From positions 1 through 54,700 of the forward strand of contig CANLDE010000001.1 of assembly GCA_947489235.1 (NCBI GenBank): a stretch of DNA of 54,700 nucleotides, read 5' to 3'. The notes below the pieces were generated by a model. The model was not told the DNA's origin and ran no database searches. It saw only the letters and a program-made list of their open reading frames with translations. Below, one piece after another: positions 49,421-54,700 of the stretch (position 1 is its first letter; each line of letters starts with the position of its first letter). The position numbers and the translations under genes are program-made. Origin of the DNA: Micrococcales bacterium (GTDB taxonomy: Bacteria; Actinomycetota; Actinomycetes; Actinomycetales; Microbacteriaceae).

Positions 49421-50392
49421 ATGTCAGTGTTCTTTTCGATTCCTTCGCCAACTGTTTCCGATTTCACATTAGGGCCAGTTGTTATTCACTACTATGCGTT
49501 GTTTATCCTTGCTGGAATCGTGGTGGCAACATTTCTAACTGCTGGTCGAATGAAAGCTCGCGGTATGGAAGCGGGCTTAGCAATTGACATCGCAATCTGG
49601 GCTGTGCCATTCGGAATTGTTGGTGGACGTCTGTTCCACGTCGCAACACATATTGGCGACTACTTTGGTCCTGGCCGAGACTGGACTTCAATGTTCAGAC
49701 TTTGGGAAGGTGGCCTAGCTATTTATGGTGCGATTATCTTTGGATCAATCGGTGCATACATTGCCTGCCAAGTTGACATCAAGCCACTGAGAATCGAATC
49801 GGCTGGAATCAGGTTCCTCTCCTTCGCAGATGCACTAGTGCCAGGACTTCTCGCTGCACAAGCTCTAGGCCGTTGGGGAAACTACTTCAACAATGAATTG
49901 TTTGGATCTCCTACAGATTTGCCTTGGGGACTTGAGATACCTAAATTCAACCCAAGTTACCCACTAGGCCTTCCTGAGGGTCTAACCTTTCATCCGACTT
50001 TCCTCTATGAATCACTATGGTCACTTCTAGGAATAGCTGTCCTACTGCTTCTAGAACAGAGATTCAACCTACGTTGGGGCCGCATGTTTGCCCTCTATCT
50101 AATGTGGTACTCATTCGGCCGTTTCTTCATCGAGGGCATCCGCTTAGACCCTAGCGACATCATTCTTGGCCTTAGAACTAACCAGATGTCAGCCTTGGTG
50201 GGCTTCTTGCTTGGTTTTGCGCTGCTAATGATTCAGCGTTATAGGCACACTGGTGTTGAAACTACTGGCTACCTGCCTGGCCGATCCAACAAGCAACTAG
50301 CTGCTGTGGCTGCTGAAAAGGACCCTGAGAGCCCTACTTCAGAGCCTGAGGCAACTGAAGTAGAATTGACCCAAACACCAGAGAAGGATTAG
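49421..50392 (+). CDS. lgt: Prolipoprotein diacylglyceryl transferase
   Basis: IPSP, GGRLFHV, WEGGLAIYG, QALGRWGNYFNNELFG, HPTFLYE, RFFIE. Confidence 0.96.
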   Translation: MSVFFSIPSPTVSDFTLGPVVIHYYALFILAGIVVATFLTAGRMKARGMEAGLAIDIAIWAVPFGIVGGRLFHVATHIGDYFGPGRDWTSMFRLWEGGLAIYGAIIFGSIGAYIACQVDIKPLRIESAGIRFLSFADALVPGLLAAQALGRWGNYFNNELFGSPTDLPWGLEIPKFNPSYPLGLPEGLTFHPTFLYESLWSLLGIAVLLLLEQRFNLRWGRMFALYLMWYSFGRFFIEGIRLDPSDIILGLRTNQMSALVGFLLGFALLMIQRYRHTGVETTGYLPGRSNKQLAAVAAEKDPESPTSEPEATEVELTQTPEKD

Positions 50393-50459
50393 TCTCCTTT
50401 TCCACCCCTTTTTTCGGGCCATTGTCGTCCCCATCACATCTACTTGAATGGAGTTCGAC

Positions 50460-53400
50460 ATGTCTGGTCAGTCGCCGTTTGAGCGGTTCAATACCGCTCC
50501 AGCAGCATCAGGCCTATACGACCCTGCTCGCGATAAGGATGCCTGTGGACTTGCCATGGTTGCAACTTTGCGTGGAACAGCAGGACACGACATTATCGAA
50601 ACTGCGCTTAGTGCTCTTCGCAACCTAGAGCACCGTGGAGCTGTTGGTTCGGATGCTGGAACAGGTGATGGCGCAGGAATCATTACACAGATACCTGACT
50701 CTTTCTTTAGATCAGTTGTTGACTTTGAACTTCCTAATTCTGGTTCTTATGGTGCAGGGTTAGTTTTTATTGAAATCGATGCAGACTCCAGGAGCTTTGC
50801 TGCTTCTTTTGCCAAGATTTGTGAATCACGTGGATTGGATCTATTAGGAATTCGAGAAGTTCCAACCAATCCTGATTCACTAGGTGATCTAGCAAGAGCT
50901 GCGATGCCGCAGATCATTCAGGTGTTTGTGACAAGCACAAAGAAAGTTTCTACCGAAGAACTTGAACGAGAGTTGTTCTTTGTTAGAAAGATTTCAGAGC
51001 GAGAGTTAGCTGCCTATCATCCTTCGCTATCTGCTAAGACAATTGTCTATAAAGGCATGGTCACTACACTTCAGCTTGAGCCTTTCTACCCAGACCTAAG
51101 CAACGATCTGTTCGAATCAAAACTTGCTTTGGTTCACTCACGTTTCTCGACAAACACATTCCCATCTTGGCCTCTTGCGCACCCTTACAGAATGATTGCT
51201 CACAATGGAGAGATCAACACTGTTAAGGGAAACAGAAACTGGATGCGAGCAAGAGAAGCGAGACTAAACTCCCAACTCCTTCCGGACATCGAACAGCTAA
51301 AGCCAATTGTTACCTCTGGCGGAAGCGACTCAGCTTCATTTGATGAAGTCTTAGAACTTCTAGTGCAATCAGGTAGGTCACTGCCACACGCCATGATGAT
51401 GATGATTCCTGAAGCTTGGGAAAAGCAAACCGACATGGATCCTCAACTACGAGATTTCTACGAGTATCACTCGATGCTCATGGAGCCTTGGGATGGCCCT
51501 GCCGCTGTTATTTTCACTGACGGAAATCTAGTCGGCGCAACATTGGATAGAAACGGTCTTAGACCTGGACGATACATCGTCACAGAAGATGGGCTAGTTG
51601 TTTTAGCTTCTGAAATTGGTGTTGTTGATATTGATCCATCTCGAATTGTTCGCAAAGGTAGATTGCAGCCAGGACGTATGTTCCTTGCTGACACTGCAAC
51701 TGGTCGACTCATCGATGATTCAGAAATTAAGGCTGAGATAGCCGCTGCTGAGCCATGGGGTAAGTGGCTAGCCGAGAACCGCATCAACTTGAAAGATTTA
51801 CCTGACCGCGAGCATGTTGCCTATACAAAGAGTTCAGTAAGTCGAAGACAAAGAACCTTTGGCTACACGGAAGAGGAGCTTCGTATCTTGATTGCGCCTA
51901 TGGCCAGATCAGGTGCTGAGCCATTAGGTGCGATGGGATCTGATACTCCGATTGCAGCTCTAAGTGACAGACCAAGACTGCTTTTTGACTACTTTGTGCA
52001 ACAGTTTGCTCAAGTAACTAACCCTCCACTAGATAGCATCCGTGAAGAGATTGTTACATCTTTAGGAGTTGGCATCGGCCCTGAACAGAACTTGCTAACT
52101 GCAACACCAGAGCACGCTCGGATGGTGATTCTAGATTTCCCAGTACTCACTAACGATGAGATATCTAAAATCAAGTTCAGCGAAGACTCTGGTATTGGTA
52201 AATCGCACATCGTCAAAGGTCTATTCAGAGTTGACGAGGGAGCCGAAGCTCTTGCTCAAAGACTTAAGGATGTTTACCTTGAACTTGATGAGGCAGTAGC
52301 TGCAGGATGTAACTTTGTAGTTGTTTCTGATAGAGACAGCAATAGGGAACTAGCTCCAATCCCGAGCCTTCTGCTTACCTCTGCGGTTCACCATCACCTA
52401 ATCAAGACAGGCAACCGCACCAAGGTTGGTTTGGTTGTAGAAGCTGGTGACGTGCGAGAGGTTCATCACGTTGCAGCTCTTATTGGTTTCGGTGCTGCAG
52501 CCATCAACCCATACCTAGCCATTGAATCTGTTGAGCTTATGGTTCGTAACGGAACCATTCAAGGTGTGACCATTGAACAAGCCACCAAGAACATGATCAA
52601 GGGTCTTGGCAAAGGCGTTCTAAAGATTATGTCCAAGATGGGTATCTCAACAGTCTCTTCCTATTCAGGTGCACAGTGTTTTGAAGCCATTGGTTTGAGT
52701 CAAGAGTTCGTCGATGCATACTTCACAGGCACAACAAGTCAACTAGGCGGTATCGGACTAGAAGTTATTGTTCAAGAGATTACAACACGGCACTCGAGCG
52801 CCTATCCGATCGAGCGCGCAATCCGTCCACATGAAGAACTTGAAGTTGGTGGCGAATACCAGTGGCGTAGAGAAGGCCCTCCGCACCTATTCAATCCGGA
52901 GACCATTTTCAAGTTGCAGCACGCAACCAAAACCAAGCGCTTCGACATCTTTAGGCAATACACAAAGCTCATCGATGATCAAGCAGAGCAGCTGATGACA
53001 CTAAGAGGTCTGTTCATGCTCCGAGAAGGAGTTCGACCTGCTGTGCCGCTCAACGAGGTTGAGCCAGCTAGTGAGATTGTAAAGCGATTCTCAACTGGCG
53101 CAATGTCTTATGGGTCGATTTCTCCTGAAGCTCATGAAACATTGGCAATCGCCATGAACATGATTGGCGCGAAATCTAACACTGGTGAGGGTGGCGAAGA
53201 AGTTGGAAGACTTTTGGACCCAGCTAGACGAAGCGCAATCAAGCAGGTAGCTTCAGGTCGTTTTGGTGTAACCAGTATGTATCTAACTCACGCCGACGAC
53301 ATTCAAATCAAGATGGCACAGGGAGCAAAACCAGGTGAAGGTGGTCAATTACCACCAAACAAGGTTTACCCATGGATTGCTGACATAAGACACTCAACAC

Positions 53401-54700
53401 CTGGTGTTGGTCTAATTTCTCCACCACCGCATCACGACATCTATTCAATCGAAGACCTCAAGCAACTTATCTTTGATCTCAAGCGTGCTAACTCGAGTGC
53501 ACGTGTGCATGTGAAGTTAGTAAGCCAAGTAGGTATCGGTACTGTTGCTGCTGGAGTGGCCAAAGCGAAAGCTGATGTGATTTTGGTTTCAGGTCACGAT
53601 GGTGGCACTGGAGCGTCACCTTTGAACTCACTAAAGCACGCTGGTACTCCTTGGGAGCTTGGTTTAGCTGAGACCCAACAGACACTTATGGTCAACGGTC
53701 TAAGAGATCGAGTCTCAGTGCAGGTTGATGGTCAGATGAAAACTGGGCGAGATGTTGTCATTGCTGCACTGCTAGGTGCTGAAGAGTTTGGTTTTGCTAC
53801 AGCACCACTAGTGGTATCAGGTTGCGTAATGATGCGTGTCTGCCATCTAGATACCTGCCCAGTTGGAGTTGCGACTCAAAACCCTGACCTTCGTGCACGT
53901 TTCACCGGTCAAGCAGAGCATGTTGTTAACTTCTTCATGTTCTTAGCTGAAGAGGTAAGAGAATATTTATCTTCCTTAGGTTTTAGATCTTTAGATGAGG
54001 CCATAGGGCACAGCGAGTTACTTGATGCCAATAGAGCAATTTCACACTGGAAGGCTGATGGCTTAGATCTGACTCCAATCCTTTCAGCTCCGCAACCTAA
54101 CACTGGTCCACTGCGAAGATTCACCTACCAAGACCACGAATTAGAGAAACACTTTGATCACGCGCTTATCAAACTAAGCACCAAGGCTCTAGAAGACGCG
54201 CAGAATGTTCTGATTGAACTTCCTATCAACAACACAGCACAAGCTGTTGGAACGATGTTAGGTCATGAAGTTACCAAACTCTATGGCGCGGCCGGATTGC
54301 CTGAGGCAACCATTGATGTGCGTGTATCAGGCTCTGCTGGTCAGTCCTTTGGTGCATTTATTCCTAAGGGAATTAAGCTAACTATCTCAGGCGACTCGAA
54401 TGACTACGTAGGAAAGGGTCTATCAGGTGGAACTATCGTCGTTAAGCCTTCTGAGAGTTCAGTATTCCCGGCTGAACAAAACGTTATTGCAGGAAACGTA
54501 ATCGGCTATGGAGCTACCAGCGGAAGTATGTTCCTCTCTGGAATTGTTGGCGAAAGATTCCTTGTTAGAAACTCTGGTGCAGTTGCAGTGGTTGAAGGAG
54601 TTGGCGATCACGGTCTGGAATACATGACTGGAGGAACTGCAGTCATCCTAGGTAGAACCGGTAAAAATCTTGCAGCTGGAATGTCAGGTGGAGTTGCTTA
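50460..54700 (+). CDS. gltB: Glutamate synthase large subunit (3'-truncated by window edge; absent from ORF track)
   Basis: ATG at 50460 gives [10 protein letters not shown]...[13 protein letters not shown] (Ntn Cys29), then [63 protein letters not shown] (3Fe-4S), and NLAAGMSGG in the same frame at the window end. Confidence 0.98.
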   Translation, partial: MSGQSPFERFNTAPAASGLYDPARDKDACGLAMVATLRGTAGHDIIETALSALRNLEHRGAVGSDAGTGDGAGIITQIPDSFFRSVVDFELPNSGSYGAGLVFIEIDADSRSFAASFAKICESRGLDLLGIREVPTNPDSLGDLARAAMPQIIQVFVTSTKKVSTEELERELFFVRKISERELAAYHPSLSAKTIVYKGMVTTLQLEPFYPDLSNDLFESKLALVHSRFSTNTFPSWPLAHPYRMIAHNGEINTVKGNRNWMRAREARLNSQLLPDIEQLKPIVTSGGSDSASFDEVLELLVQSGRSLPHAMMMMIPEAWEKQTDMDPQLRDFYEYHSMLMEPWDGPAAVIFTDGNLVGATLDRNGLRPGRYIVTEDGLVVLASEIGVVDIDPSRIVRKGRLQPGRMFLADTATGRLIDDSEIKAEIAAAEPWGKWLAENRINLKDLPDREHVAYTKSSVSRRQRTFGYTEEELRILIAPMARSGAEPLGAMGSDTPIAALSDRPRLLFDYFVQQFAQVTNPPLDSIREEIVTSLGVGIGPEQNLLTATPEHARMVILDFPVLTNDEISKIKFSEDSGIGKSHIVKGLFRVDEGAEALAQRLKDVYLELDEAVAAGCNFVVVSDRDSNRELAPIPSLLLTSAVHHHLIKTGNRTKVGLVVEAGDVREVHHVAALIGFGAAAINPYLAIESVELMVRNGTIQGVTIEQATKNMIKGLGKGVLKIMSKMGISTVSSYSGAQCFEAIGLSQEFVDAYFTGTTSQLGGIGLEVIVQEITTRHSSAYPIERAIRPHEELEVGGEYQWRREGPPHLFNPETIFKLQHATKTKRFDIFRQYTKLIDDQAEQLMTLRGLFMLREGVRPAVPLNEVEPASEIVKRFSTGAMSYGSISPEAHETLAIAMNMIGAKSNTGEGGEEVGRLLDPARRSAIKQVASGRFGVTSMYLTHADDIQIKMAQGAKPGEGGQLPPNKVYPWIADIRHSTPGVGLISPPPHHDIYSIEDLKQLIFDLKRANSSARVHVKLVSQVGIGTVAAGVAKAKADVILVSGHDGGTGASPLNSLKHAGTPWELGLAETQQTLMVNGLRDRVSVQVDGQMKTGRDVVIAALLGAEEFGFATAPLVVSGCVMMRVCHLDTCPVGVATQNPDLRARFTGQAEHVVNFFMFLAEEVREYLSSLGFRSLDEAIGHSELLDANRAISHWKADGLDLTPILSAPQPNTGPLRRFTYQDHELEKHFDHALIKLSTKALEDAQNVLIELPINNTAQAVGTMLGHEVTKLYGAAGLPEATIDVRVSGSAGQSFGAFIPKGIKLTISGDSNDYVGKGLSGGTIVVKPSESSVFPAEQNVIAGNVIGYGATSGSMFLSGIVGERFLVRNSGAVAVVEGVGDHGLEYMTGGTAVILGRTGKNLAAGMSGGVA

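Noticed and set aside
50381-50414. Hairpin GAGAAGGA/TCCTTTTC over the lgt stop, followed by a T6 run, as an intrinsic terminator
   Set aside because: The stem is weak and A/U-rich, the T-run is separated from it by 6 nt, and it overlaps the likely gltB promoter.
1-54700. CRISPR arrays, IS elements, prophage, tRNA/rRNA genes, defence islands, frameshifted genes
   Set aside because: No spacer is long enough or repetitive. Every long ORF is an intact housekeeping or conserved gene and composition looks uniform.

Overview
A gene-dense core-chromosome segment of an Actinobacterium. Gene order and protein sequences point to Microbacteriaceae. GC in the mid-40s% (estimated by eye from sample lines) and tiny intergenic spacers suggest a streamlined freshwater Rhodoluna/Aquiluna-like organism (inference). 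It holds 53 CDS: thrS (5'-truncated), HIT, pdxST, yebC, ruvCAB, yajC-secDF, rel, DUF349 and a PpiB-like cyclophilin on the minus strand, rarA, rpsD, DUF948, a small membrane protein, alaS, ruvX, mltG, aroE-C-K-B-Q, efp, nusB, pyrR-B-C, carAB, pyrF, gmk, rpoZ, coaBC, metK, priA, fmt, rsmB, rpe, hisE-G-F-I, trpE, an HGxxPAAW-type protein, trpC-B-A, lgt and gltB (3'-truncated and missing from the ORF track). I found no mobile elements, CRISPR arrays, tRNA/rRNA genes or pseudogenes, and no clearly new multi-gene system. The best novelty candidates are non-coding: a three-stem rpsD 5' leader with a potential 8-bp loop-loop (kissing) interaction, and a possible two-state gltB leader. Also notable are recurrent leaderless promoters (some embedded in upstream stop codons or final codons), a clear PyrR-binding site over the pyrR SD, a 16-bp perfect palindrome at the shared rel/DUF349 stop, and several uncharacterised small membrane proteins.
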